Source: Candidatus Multivoradales bacterium (GTDB lineage: Bacteria; Acidobacteriota; Thermoanaerobaculia; Multivoradales; Multivoraceae). From it: DNA of 64,000 bases. Made by a program: the position numbers and the translations under genes. The stretch spans positions 608,001 to 672,000 of the forward strand of contig CBDCWI010000002.1 of assembly GCA_965223325.1 (NCBI GenBank), in the 5' to 3' direction. Position 1 is the stretch's first letter, and each line of letters opens with the position of its first letter. Shown piece after piece: positions 28,501 to 38,283 of the stretch. Under the pieces are notes generated by a model. The model was given only the letters and a program-made list of their open reading frames with translations, was not told the origin of the DNA and made no database searches.

Positions 28501-30830
28501 GAAAGCGGATTGCCGCCTGGCTCGCCGGCCTCGCTGCACGGCGCCCGGTTCTCTTGCTGGCCGTTGCAACCGTCCCGGCCCTCCTGGTCGTCACTGCGCT
28601 CCCGGGGCTGCCCGTCGACATGAGCTTCGCCGGCATGATGGACCGCCAGGATCCCGAGGTCGAGCGCTACTTCAGGACCCTGGGCGAGCTCGAGATGGGG
28701 GGCGAGGTTCTGCTCCTGCTCGAGGGGCCCGACGAACTGCTCGACGACGCCGCCCGCCGCGTCATGACGGCGGCGGCCGCAAACCCCGACGTGGTGGGCA
28801 CGGATTCGGGCGTGCCGGCCGAATGGCTAGAAGAGAACGCCGCCTGGCTCGCTCCGAGAGACCTCTTCGACCAGTGGCTGGCCTGGGTCGAGGGTTCCGA
28901 AGACATCGCCGAGGGTATGAAGCTCCTCGCGCGCTTTCGAGAGCTCCAAGAGTCGACGCGCACCGAAGGGTCGCGCCTGGTCACCATTCGCCTACGGCGA
29001 CATCCACTCGAAGTCGACTTCGGAGGCAGCGAGTTTCTTCGCCTCGAAGAACAGATCCTGGCGTCCATCGACGACCACCGCATCTCCGCTGGGCTCTCTG
29101 GGCTGCCGGCCGTTGCCGCCCAGGACCAGAGCCGCACCATGGGTTCGATCAAGCGACTCACCCCGGTCAGCCTGTTACTCGCTCTCCTTCTGTTTCGCTT
29201 CCTCGAACCGCGGCTGCTCGGCCTCTTGGCGGTTCTCGCACCGCTTGCTCTGGCCGTTGTGGTCACGCTTGTTCTGACCGGATGGATTCTGGGCGGCATC
29301 ACTGTGATGGAGACCTTCTTTGGCATCATGGTCTTCGGTCTCGGCATCGATTTCGGCATTCACCTCTTGAGCCGGCTGCAGGAAGAACAAGCAGCCGGAA
29401 AGCCCTTCGAAGTCGCGTTGTCGAACGCTCTCGCCCTCTCGGGCGCAGGCGTCGCCGCCGGCGCCGTCACCACCGGTGGCGCCTTCCTGATCGTCGCCAT
29501 GGCTCCCGAGCCGGTTGCCAGGCATCTCGGCTTCCCAGGTGGCATCGGACTGCTCCTCTGCCTTGCGCTCACCTTCACGGTGCTTCCCGCACTGTGGGCC
29601 TTACTCGAGCGACTGCCCAACAAGGTGCCCCCGAGAGCGTTCTCGCGATCGGATGCAACGGGCTCGGCATCCAAGAGACCCCTCGGCCCACTCGAACGCA
29701 TCGCCGCCGCGGCGACCGAGCGCGCCAACCTGACGATCGCTATGGCCGGAGTCCTCGCCGTCACCGCGATGCTCGGGACTGCTCGCTGGGAATTCGAAAC
29801 CGACCTGACCAAGGTCTTCAATCGACAGGTTCCCGCCCTCGCGGTGGTCGAAAGGGTCCAGGAACTCCACGGTCTGAACGGAGCTCCATGGTTCGTCGCA
29901 GTCGCTGATGAGGCTGCGGCAGCGCAGCTGGTCGAGAAGTTCGAAGCGCACCCGACCTTTGCCCGCGTCATGAGTCTGAGCAATCTCCTGCCCGCCGACG
30001 TCACGGAGCGCCAACGCGCCCTGGCAGCCTGGTCTGGCAGAGCACCGGCCGGTTCTTCTCCGATGTGGTCGCTCGCAGCGGCGCCACTCTTATCGGCGAA
30101 GCAGAACGGACCTCCAGGCATCGAAGATCTTCCTCAGGTCCTTCGCAAACGCCTGGTGGCGCCAACGGGAGAGCTCATCGTCTACGCCTGGGCAACGCGC
30201 TCTCCGCTGTCGGGCGAGGAGGCACTTGGGCAGCGCATCGCGGCGCAATCGATTGCTCCTCGGGCCACCTCACTCGGCGTCCTGATCGAGAACATTCTCG
30301 GAGCCGAGCGCCCCTGGCTGTGGCGCCTCCTAACGGCGATCCTGGCCTTCGTCGCTCTCGTGCTGTGGGTCGATTTCAGGTCTCTCTGGCTCTCGGTGCT
30401 CGCCCTGGTCCCGGTGACCCTCGGCGTCATCGGAACGATCGGGATTCTCTGCTGGACGGGCACCGCCTTCAACGTCATGACCGTGATGGTCGTGCCGCTG
30501 ATCCTGGGCCTCGGCGTCGACGACGGGATTCACGTCGTGCACCGGCTGCGTGAGGACGGCGGACACGATCCGGCGGCGGCAGCCGCAGCCGTGGGACGAG
30601 CCATCACCATGACAACCGCCACGACCTGCTCGAGCTTCTTCGTCCTCTTGTTCGCTGATCACCCCGGGCTCGAGTCGATGGCCTGGGTCATGCTGATCGG
30701 CCTACCGCTCTGCCTGTTGACCTCGATCACCGTCCTGCCAGCACTGGCTCGAAAGCTCGGGTCAAAGGTCTTCGCGCCATCGCCCGAGGTCGCCAGGGAG
30801 TCGGCGACGGGAAATCCGGCTGTTCTCTGA
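28497..30830 (+). CDS. MMPL/RND family transporter
   Basis: Two halves each with a multi-TM block and GLGIDFGIH / GLGVDDGIH motifs. Confidence 0.9.
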   Translation: MRKRIAAWLAGLAARRPVLLLAVATVPALLVVTALPGLPVDMSFAGMMDRQDPEVERYFRTLGELEMGGEVLLLLEGPDELLDDAARRVMTAAAANPDVVGTDSGVPAEWLEENAAWLAPRDLFDQWLAWVEGSEDIAEGMKLLARFRELQESTRTEGSRLVTIRLRRHPLEVDFGGSEFLRLEEQILASIDDHRISAGLSGLPAVAAQDQSRTMGSIKRLTPVSLLLALLLFRFLEPRLLGLLAVLAPLALAVVVTLVLTGWILGGITVMETFFGIMVFGLGIDFGIHLLSRLQEEQAAGKPFEVALSNALALSGAGVAAGAVTTGGAFLIVAMAPEPVARHLGFPGGIGLLLCLALTFTVLPALWALLERLPNKVPPRAFSRSDATGSASKRPLGPLERIAAAATERANLTIAMAGVLAVTAMLGTARWEFETDLTKVFNRQVPALAVVERVQELHGLNGAPWFVAVADEAAAAQLVEKFEAHPTFARVMSLSNLLPADVTERQRALAAWSGRAPAGSSPMWSLAAAPLLSAKQNGPPGIEDLPQVLRKRLVAPTGELIVYAWATRSPLSGEEALGQRIAAQSIAPRATSLGVLIENILGAERPWLWRLLTAILAFVALVLWVDFRSLWLSVLALVPVTLGVIGTIGILCWTGTAFNVMTVMVVPLILGLGVDDGIHVVHRLREDGGHDPAAAAAAVGRAITMTTATTCSSFFVLLFADHPGLESMAWVMLIGLPLCLLTSITVLPALARKLGSKVFAPSPEVARESATGNPAVL

Positions 30831-30894
30831 CTCCCTTTGAGACAAGCCCCCTCTGGGGCCTCTCATTGTTCTCCTTTTCTTGGAACCCCCGTTC

Positions 30895-31215
30895 ATGAAT
30901 CACCTGCTTCAACAGGTCGGCCAGCACATGGTCGACGTCGCACCTCCCGACTTCGCCGCCGCTCGGCTGATCGTCACCGTCCACGAAGGCAACGTCGAAG
31001 TGCTCTCGCGCTTCGAGGACGAGAACGGCGAGAGCTCGGACCTGCCCATCGACATTCTGCTCGTCGCTCCTCTCTGGCTCGAGATCCGCAGTCATCTCGC
31101 CAAGGAAACGGGGCGCGAGCCCTTTGAGGCGGCGACCTTCACGCTCGCCAACGATGGCCACTTCGACCTCGACCTGCGCTACGAAGATGACGAGCCGCAG
31201 GACGAGGGCAGGTAG
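30895..31215 (+). CDS. Small acidic protein, putative immunity protein (YezG/DUF600-like)
   Basis: About 106 aa, acidic. C-terminal EPFEAATFTLANDGHFDLDLRYED resembles the YezG-type ending. Adjacent to a nuclease gene. Confidence 0.6.
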   Translation: MNHLLQQVGQHMVDVAPPDFAAARLIVTVHEGNVEVLSRFEDENGESSDLPIDILLVAPLWLEIRSHLAKETGREPFEAATFTLANDGHFDLDLRYEDDEPQDEGR

Positions 31216-31221
31216 TCCGTC

Positions 31222-32499
31222 ATGGCCTGGCTTCCCTATCCCACGCTCTCGCGTCTCCCATCGAGGCCCACCGCGAACGATTCGGTTGCTGCCGCCCCGG
31301 CAGAGGGCCCGGACCGCGAACATTCATCGCCGAGCTCTCTTCCTGGTGACGTCATTGGCGATGTCTTCGAGAGTGCCGCCAACGACAACCCGGACCGCTC
31401 CCTGTTCGACGGCCGCCTCGACCTGCGTAGGTCCGCACAAGCGCAAGCTGTCGACCCCGAAGACGGGTGCAGCTGTGAGAACGAAGGCGAACAGGCATCC
31501 GTCGCAACGGCAAGGCAACAGCGGCGCCCCGAACCCAACCGTCTCTACCGAGTGGGTGACTACATCTACCGGACCGACACGTTCGGCCGGGTGACCTGCG
31601 CTTCGGGCAAGCTGCGACTCGAGAAGGGGGGCCGCTCAGCCTACTGGCAGAAGAAGGTCGGTGACAGCGGTTACTGGCACGACGACGGCGGCCACCTGAT
31701 CGGCGATCAGTTCGGCGGCAAGTCGACGCCGCTCAACATGCTTCCCCAGCACTGGGGTCTCAACCGCGGAGCCGGCAGTACCTGGCGATTCGAGATCGAA
31801 GACAAACTCGCCGGCCTGCTCGAAGACGGGCACGAGGTCTGGCTGAAGGTTCGCCCGCAGTACGCGCCGGTCGCCGCCGCAGATTCAGTCGCCGCTACGC
31901 GTCCGATCGCCTACGCAGTCGAATACCGAGTGGTCCTCCATGGCGAAGCTGCCAAGACCGCCCCGGAAGCCGACTACGTCGTGCGCCACTACCTCTACAA
32001 CACTCGCGACGGGAAGCTCGCCCCGGCGGCCGAACCGGCCGAGCGTTCCGACCTGAGGCGGCCGGAACCCAACGCGCACTACCTGGTCGGTTCTCTCGTC
32101 TACACCACCGACCACCTCGGCCGTGTCTCGAGGGTCAGCGGCCAACTCGCGCTCGACAAGCAGCGTGACTCCTACTACTACCGCCGCAAGATCGGCAAAC
32201 TAGGCAACAAGGGCGACGAGGGGGCTCACCTCATCGACCGTCGCTTCGGTGGCAAGAGTGTGCCGCTGAACCTGGTGCCGCTCGACCGCGACTTGAACCG
32301 CGACAAGGCCAGTGAGTGGATGGCGATCGAGAACCAGATTGCCGAGGCACTCGAGGAAGGGCGCGAAGTCAACGTCGATTTCGAGGTGCGCTATCCCGCG
32401 GGCTCCACCTCACATCGACCAGACGAGATCCTGGCGGCCTGGGGTATTGACAAGGCGTCGTACCAGCGCCGGGTCGAGAACGAACACGGCGACGACTGA
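31222..32499 (+). CDS. DNA/RNA non-specific endonuclease (Endonuclea_NS_2-type) with two tandem domains
   Basis: Two repeats of PEPN..Y.V...Y.TD..GRV, D(G)GH / EGAHLI..FGG, N..P....LN, W..IE. Confidence 0.85.
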   Translation: MAWLPYPTLSRLPSRPTANDSVAAAPAEGPDREHSSPSSLPGDVIGDVFESAANDNPDRSLFDGRLDLRRSAQAQAVDPEDGCSCENEGEQASVATARQQRRPEPNRLYRVGDYIYRTDTFGRVTCASGKLRLEKGGRSAYWQKKVGDSGYWHDDGGHLIGDQFGGKSTPLNMLPQHWGLNRGAGSTWRFEIEDKLAGLLEDGHEVWLKVRPQYAPVAAADSVAATRPIAYAVEYRVVLHGEAAKTAPEADYVVRHYLYNTRDGKLAPAAEPAERSDLRRPEPNAHYLVGSLVYTTDHLGRVSRVSGQLALDKQRDSYYYRRKIGKLGNKGDEGAHLIDRRFGGKSVPLNLVPLDRDLNRDKASEWMAIENQIAEALEEGREVNVDFEVRYPAGSTSHRPDEILAAWGIDKASYQRRVENEHGDD

Positions 32500-32632
32500 A
32501 TCCCGGGCACCGGCGCTGCGGTGGTGGTGTGCCAGGGAAAACACACTGGGCTCGATGCGCTTAGACTGAGACCCCGCGACCGCAGAGATCGCGCGATGAC
32601 GAATCGGTCCACAGCCTTCGAACGGTGCCCGC

Positions 32633-34093
32633 TTGAGTCTCCATCCTCCCGCTCCCCACAGAAGGACGCCTGCCGCGGCAGCGTTCACCGCCAGCCTTCT
32701 GTCTCTGCTGGCCGCCTCGGTGCTGGCCGGCTGCCGGCCGACCGCCGAGCCGCCGCCGGGCGCCTCCGCGTTGCCAAAGCCGGCGCCAAAGTCGGCGCTC
32801 GAGACTCCGGCGCCGTTCGAGAACCTGATCATCCTGATGATCGACACCCTGCGCGCCGACCATCTTCCCTGCTATGGCTACGAGCGCAACACCGCCCCTT
32901 TCGTGTGCCGCCTCGCAGAGGATGGTCTTTCCTTCGAGTCCTACTCCGCCTCGTCGTGGACGCGGCCGTCGGTCGCCACCCTCTTGACCGGTCAGCCACC
33001 ACCGGTGCACCAGACAATCACCCGCAGCGACTCCCTGCCGGCCGCGATCCCGTACCTGCCTGAACTCCTGAGCGAGCAGGGTTTTGTGACCGCGACGTTC
33101 GTCGGCAACCTCAACAGCGGTCGGCGCTTTGGTTTCGCGCGTGGCTTCGAGCACTACCACCAGACTCGGCCGACCGGCAAGGTCGATGGCGCCAAGGTCA
33201 CCGATCGCGGCATCAGCCTCCTCCCGATGCTCAGCGGGCGCTACTTTCTCTACCTGCACTACGTCGACCCGCACGACCCCTACCGTCCTGCGCGCCCGTG
33301 GCAGAGCGCAGGAAGAGAAGCACGAGAACACTCCTGGACGCAGCCGCGAAAGATCGGGTCCCGCCCCCCCAACCCGCGAGAGATCACCAGCCTCATCGAT
33401 CAGTACGATGGCGAAATCCGCGAGATGGACAGCGAGATCGAGCGCTTCCTGGCGGCTGCCGACGCGGCCGGGCTGCTCGCCGACACTCTCGTGGTGATCA
33501 CTTCCGATCACGGCGAAGAGTTCGGTGAGCACGGCGGCCTCACCCACGGTCGGACCCTGTGGGAAGAAGTTGTAGCGGTACCACTCGTTCTGTGGTCCGC
33601 CGACGGTCGGCTCAGGCCATCGGCTGGCCGCCCGGTCCTCGACCACATCGATGTCCTCCCGACGCTCCTCGAAGCACTGGCGCTCGAGGTCCCCCAGGGC
33701 CTGGCCGGCGACTCGCGCTGGTCCAACCTCGAGGCGCCGCGAACAGGTTCCCGCTGGTTGCATCTCGACCTCGATGATCGCGCCCTTCTGGCTTCGCGCA
33801 ACGGCGACCAGAAGACCATTTGGAGCCCGCAGAGAAGCCTCACCTTCGACCTGGCGAGTGATCGAGAAGAACAGGCGCCGCGCCCGGCCAAGCGCCAAGC
33901 GACACTCCACATCCTCGAGCACTACCTGGCAATCGTTACCTCAACGCCACCGCAGCAGGCGCCACTGGATGACGAGGCACAGGCGGCGTTGACGGCGCTG
34001 GGCTATCTGGATCCAACCGAAGACACCACCGACCTCGGCCGGCGACAACTCACCCGCGAGTCGATCGAGCGCGCCCTCGATCAACTGCCCTGA
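32633..34093 (+). CDS. Sulfatase/alkaline-phosphatase superfamily lipoprotein
   Basis: Lipobox LAGC. IDTLRADHL, SWTRPSVATLLTG, HYVDPHDPY, TSDHGEEFGEHG, C-terminal LTALGYL. Confidence 0.9.
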   Translation: MSLHPPAPHRRTPAAAAFTASLLSLLAASVLAGCRPTAEPPPGASALPKPAPKSALETPAPFENLIILMIDTLRADHLPCYGYERNTAPFVCRLAEDGLSFESYSASSWTRPSVATLLTGQPPPVHQTITRSDSLPAAIPYLPELLSEQGFVTATFVGNLNSGRRFGFARGFEHYHQTRPTGKVDGAKVTDRGISLLPMLSGRYFLYLHYVDPHDPYRPARPWQSAGREAREHSWTQPRKIGSRPPNPREITSLIDQYDGEIREMDSEIERFLAAADAAGLLADTLVVITSDHGEEFGEHGGLTHGRTLWEEVVAVPLVLWSADGRLRPSAGRPVLDHIDVLPTLLEALALEVPQGLAGDSRWSNLEAPRTGSRWLHLDLDDRALLASRNGDQKTIWSPQRSLTFDLASDREEQAPRPAKRQATLHILEHYLAIVTSTPPQQAPLDDEAQAALTALGYLDPTEDTTDLGRRQLTRESIERALDQLP

Positions 34094-34099
34094 CGCTTC

Positions 34100-34837
34100 G
34101 TGCCCGACAAGCGCCGACAACGTGGCCCGCACCCGCGCGACAGCAGGGACTTCTCCCTCGCGGGGGTCGCGACTCTGAGAACGGCGGTCAAGGAGCTCTC
34201 GACCCTCCTGAGCTGGGGCTACTCGCACAAGGCGGCAGTGACGCTGGTTGGTGACCGCCACCTGTTGCGGGTGCGTCAACGCAAGGCTCTGAGTCGCTGC
34301 GCGGCTTCTGATGCGGCGTGCCAGGACCGACTCTCTCGACGGGTGAAGCTCCAGGCCATCGCCGGCGAACAGCTCTGGATCGATGGCTACAATGCGTTGT
34401 TGACCGTCGAAGCCGCCATGTCGGGAGGCGTCATTCTCATCGGGCGCGACGGCGCGGCGCGCGACCTGGCCTCGTTGAGCCGCCACTATCGCGACGTTCT
34501 CACTACCGGGCCAGCACTCGAAGCCATCACCGCCATGCTCCACCGGGCAGAGGTGGGAGGAGTCCGGTGGTTGCTGGACCGCCCGATCTCGAACAGTGGC
34601 CGGCTGGCCGCTCGGATCCGAGCGATCGGTGAGGCCGCCGGCCGAAGCGACGACGTCGATCTGGTCGCCAGTCCCGATCGTCTTCTCAAAGAGACCTCCC
34701 ACCCGATCGCCACCGCCGACAGCGCGATCCTCGACCGCTGCCAGCGCTTCGTCGACCTGGCTGGTGAGACCATCGAAGAGCACGTACCCAATGCCTGGGT
34801 GATCGACTTCTCGGGCCAGGAGGAAGAGCCGGTGTGA
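34100..34837 (+). CDS. DUF434 domain protein (PIN-like)
   Basis: LLSWGY...VGDRHLL..RQR, IDGYNALLTVE, RDLA, LDRPISNSGRL, TADSAILD. Confidence 0.8.
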   Translation: MPDKRRQRGPHPRDSRDFSLAGVATLRTAVKELSTLLSWGYSHKAAVTLVGDRHLLRVRQRKALSRCAASDAACQDRLSRRVKLQAIAGEQLWIDGYNALLTVEAAMSGGVILIGRDGAARDLASLSRHYRDVLTTGPALEAITAMLHRAEVGGVRWLLDRPISNSGRLAARIRAIGEAAGRSDDVDLVASPDRLLKETSHPIATADSAILDRCQRFVDLAGETIEEHVPNAWVIDFSGQEEEPV

Positions 34838-34991
34838 AGATCGGTAGACGAAACGCCTCCGAGAGCGAATCGTAGGCCAGATATGATTGAGACTCTCCAC
34901 CCGAGAAACCGATCGATCGCCGGTCTCCGGCCCGACCCAGCGGGACGGGCGCCAAACGGCCGTATGTTCCAACAACAGAGAGTCATGCCCG

Positions 34992-36167
34992 ATGTCCGAG
35001 ACCTTTTCCCACGCGCCATTGTCCGTCGGCCAGCAGCTGCTGTTTCGCGCCCTGTTCTTCGGTTTCGGCTTCATGCTGCCGGTAGTCTTTGTCGCCGGGA
35101 CGTTTGCCGCCGGACCGGCCGGTGCCGCTGGAGAGACCGCCGCTGGCGGGTCATCGCAGACCGAGCAGGCCGGTGAGACCTGGGCCGAGCGCCTCGGCTT
35201 TCCCAAAGGCACCCGCGCCGCCATCCTGCACGTCGACGACGTGGGCATGTCGCACGACTCGAACGTCGGCCTGTGGCGCTCGGCACTGGAGGGAGTCGCC
35301 AATTCCGCCTCGATCATGATGCCCTGCCCCTGGGTTCCCGAGTTTTTTCACTGGCTCGAAGACCACCCCGACTTCGACGCTGGCCTCCACTTGACGCTGA
35401 CTTCCGAGTGGTCCGAGTACCGTTGGGGGCCGCTACTCGGCAAAGACACCGTACCCGGCCTGGTCGACAGCGAGGGCGCGATGTGGAGCAGCGTCGCCGA
35501 GGTCGTCGCGAACGCCACCGCCGACGAGGTCGAGCAAGAAATCCGCGCCCAGGTCGAACGGGCGCGCGCCTTCGGCTGGGAGCCGACCCACCTCGACTCG
35601 CACATGGGCACTTTGTTTGCCACCGATGAGTTTCTCGAGCGCTACATGAAGGTCGGTATCGAGCTCGGCATCCCCGTGATGATCCCGGCCGGTCACAACA
35701 CTGCTCTTGAGAACCAATACCGCGACGAGGCCATCGAACAGCTCAAGCGAGCCGGCAAGTACGAAGAAGGCATGAAGGTCCCGCTGCCTGAGAACCTCTC
35801 ACGTTCCGGACCCGCCGGCCAGTTGCTCTGGCAAGCCGGGCTGCCGGTCATCGATGACCTCCACAACACCAGCTACGGCTGGAGGCTGCCCGAAGGCGAG
35901 GACTTCTCGGTTGAGGCCATTCGCGAGCTCAAGGTCAAGAACTACCAGCAGGCGATTCGCGAGCTCGAGCCCGGCGTCACCATGATCATCATGCACGCCA
36001 CCGTCCCGAGTGAGAACTTCGAGTTCGTCTCGACATCAGGACCCACCCGTCACGGTGATGCGCTGGCGATGATGGATCCCCGCCTTCGTAAGACCATCGA
36101 AGAAGAAGGCGTCGTGCTCACCACCTGGCGCGAGCTCTACGAACGACGCAAGGCGATCGATCGCTAG
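34992..36167 (+). CDS. YdjC/ChbG-family carbohydrate deacetylase, exported
   Basis: LHVDDVGMSH, SIMMPCPW, GLHLTLTSEW, PTHLDSHMG, IMHA. N-terminal hydrophobic segment. Start uncertain. Confidence 0.88.
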   Translation: MSETFSHAPLSVGQQLLFRALFFGFGFMLPVVFVAGTFAAGPAGAAGETAAGGSSQTEQAGETWAERLGFPKGTRAAILHVDDVGMSHDSNVGLWRSALEGVANSASIMMPCPWVPEFFHWLEDHPDFDAGLHLTLTSEWSEYRWGPLLGKDTVPGLVDSEGAMWSSVAEVVANATADEVEQEIRAQVERARAFGWEPTHLDSHMGTLFATDEFLERYMKVGIELGIPVMIPAGHNTALENQYRDEAIEQLKRAGKYEEGMKVPLPENLSRSGPAGQLLWQAGLPVIDDLHNTSYGWRLPEGEDFSVEAIRELKVKNYQQAIRELEPGVTMIIMHATVPSENFEFVSTSGPTRHGDALAMMDPRLRKTIEEEGVVLTTWRELYERRKAIDR

Positions 36168-36173
36168 ACCTAT

Positions 36174-37511
36174 CTACTTGACGAGCAGAATCCGCTCGTT
36201 GACCGGGTAGAGCCACTCGACGCCGCGGGCGGTCACCAAGGCGTCATCTTCGAGCGGTATCCGGACCTTCTTTCCGCCCCACTCGGGGGCCGCCGTGTAG
36301 GCGAACAGCTCGATCGACAGGAGGTTGCTGGCCCGCAAGGTGTATCCCCGACGGACCGGGTTGAAGGTGGCGATCGACGGACCGATGCCGTGACCGGTGT
36401 TGCCGACCGAGTGGCAGCCGATCACCACATCGGTCGAAAGAGGGTCATCGGTGGGCTGGTTGAAGCCGATCTGCTTGAAGCCGCCTTCGGAGAGTGCTTC
36501 GTAGATCGCCGCCTCCGCTTCTCTTGCCGTGACATTCGGTCGGATGGCGCCACGCACGATGGCGCGCGCTTCCTTGGCGCGATCGAAGGCGTTTCGTATG
36601 CCAGCCGGCGCCTCGGTCTCGCCATCGCGCAGCACGTAGGCGATGCGCTTCATATCGGTATAGAGATTCATCAAGCCAACGCCCCAATCGATCATCAACA
36701 GATCGCCACGCGCGATGATGTGCTCGTTCGAAAGGTGCGCAATGCCCTCGGGACCGGTGACGTAGATCGACGGCATGCCGAACGAAAGCCCCAGGCCGCG
36801 TTGGAAGAGCTGATCCTGAAGCCACCAGGCGACATCCTCGAGCGTCGTGACGCCAGGTGTGATCACCTCGTTCGAAAAGGCCCGCTCGGCAAGCTGGCGC
36901 GAAATCTCACCGGCCTCGGCAAACGCGGCGATCTCACTGGTGACCCGACGTGAACGGAAGTCCGAAACCAGCTTCTCTGCCGACACCAGGCGTGATGCAT
37001 AGGGCTCGCCGAGGGTCTCACGAAGCTGCTCCCAGGCGCTGTAGGTGAGGCCGTCGGCGGCACCGAAGTTGCGCGAGATGTTGACGCCGATACGCTCTGG
37101 ATCGCGCGAGCGGACAACCTCGGCCAGATCTCCAGACGGGAGAAACTCGTCGTAGGCCAACGACCGTTCGAGCATGTAGCCGGTGATACCGAGAGCCAGG
37201 CGTTCGATGCGACCGGAACCGTTGTCGAAGAAGACGTAGTAGCCGTCCTTGCCTACGTAGCCCTGGCCCAGATCGAGCCACAACGGATCGTGATAGCCCT
37301 CGCGCAGCGCCACAATCCACAGATCGATCTGGTTCTCGCGCATGGCCTCTGGCAAGACGAGATCGAACTTGTCGCGCCGGATCTGCGCCATCGTCTCCCA
37401 TCGACGCTTGGCTTCGTTCGCCTCAGAAGAGTCGGGCAGAGCCAGAGGAAGAACGAGGGCCATCGCAAGCGAAGCGCCGAGAGGAAAGCGAAACGTTGGG
37501 TGCATGCTCAT
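36174..37511 (-). CDS. Exported M24 (Xaa-Pro-type) metallopeptidase
   Basis: Signal peptide, metal ligands DWG...TDMKR, GHGIG, SIE, LEDD. RBS AGGAG before ATG 37511. Confidence 0.88.
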   Translation of the reverse strand: MSMHPTFRFPLGASLAMALVLPLALPDSSEANEAKRRWETMAQIRRDKFDLVLPEAMRENQIDLWIVALREGYHDPLWLDLGQGYVGKDGYYVFFDNGSGRIERLALGITGYMLERSLAYDEFLPSGDLAEVVRSRDPERIGVNISRNFGAADGLTYSAWEQLRETLGEPYASRLVSAEKLVSDFRSRRVTSEIAAFAEAGEISRQLAERAFSNEVITPGVTTLEDVAWWLQDQLFQRGLGLSFGMPSIYVTGPEGIAHLSNEHIIARGDLLMIDWGVGLMNLYTDMKRIAYVLRDGETEAPAGIRNAFDRAKEARAIVRGAIRPNVTAREAEAAIYEALSEGGFKQIGFNQPTDDPLSTDVVIGCHSVGNTGHGIGPSIATFNPVRRGYTLRASNLLSIELFAYTAAPEWGGKKVRIPLEDDALVTARGVEWLYPVNERILLVK

Positions 37512-37566
37512 CAGATCTCCTGCAGCTTGAAAGCAAAGAGGCACATCGGGCCGGTTCTCTAGCGGC

Positions 37567-38250
37567 TCACTGTGCGTGGGCTTTTCGGTGAATCGACGCC
37601 AGCTGGCGGCGGAGGCGTTTCTCCTTCACCTGGCCGGAAACGATGCGCCGGTAGCGCTCGGAATCCGCAACAAAACGGCCGATCTCGGTCAGCACGCCGA
37701 TCTTGTCCATCGACTCCGCCTCCCGATCGAGAGAAAGGAGAGCCGCCGCAAGGTCGACCTCGTCACGAACGACGTGGCGCCTGATGCGGTCCCGCTCATC
37801 GTTCATGAGAACGACCCCGCTCTTTGTGTCTGCCACCAGGTGGCCTTCTTCGGTCTGCCAGGCCAGGACCTTGACCGGATCACCACTCCGCCAGGTCTCG
37901 ATCAACGCGGTGCGCTCGAATCGAGTCGCTTCGCACACCGACGCCTCGGGATCGCGACGCTCGACCAGCACCAGGTCGTACTCACGCCGACGCGTCGGCA
38001 GGTGGATCGGATCGAGTACCTCGACCGACACCGCCCAGCCGCCCTCGATCGGCACCGCAGGCACCACCACCCGGCCGATGAACAAGAAGGCACCAGGTAA
38101 GAAGGTGTCTGGCCGCGCGTCGAACTCGGGCAGGCCGCACGGCGACTCGCCCAAGGAGGGCAGAGCGGCGACGGTGGTCAGGAGAAGGCCTGCCACGACC
38201 GCCCACCGAGCACTGCCGCGGCCGCCACTGCGGCGGGTGCGAGGTTTCAT
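37567..38250 (-). CDS. Exported hypothetical protein
   Basis: Signal-peptide-like N-terminus, co-oriented between the DUF5916 and M24 genes. Confidence 0.6.
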   Translation of the reverse strand: MKPRTRRSGGRGSARWAVVAGLLLTTVAALPSLGESPCGLPEFDARPDTFLPGAFLFIGRVVVPAVPIEGGWAVSVEVLDPIHLPTRRREYDLVLVERRDPEASVCEATRFERTALIETWRSGDPVKVLAWQTEEGHLVADTKSGVVLMNDERDRIRRHVVRDEVDLAAALLSLDREAESMDKIGVLTEIGRFVADSERYRRIVSGQVKEKRLRRQLASIHRKAHAQ

Positions 38251-38283
38251 TCCCGCCAAGCTACCACCGGCACCCGGGACCCT

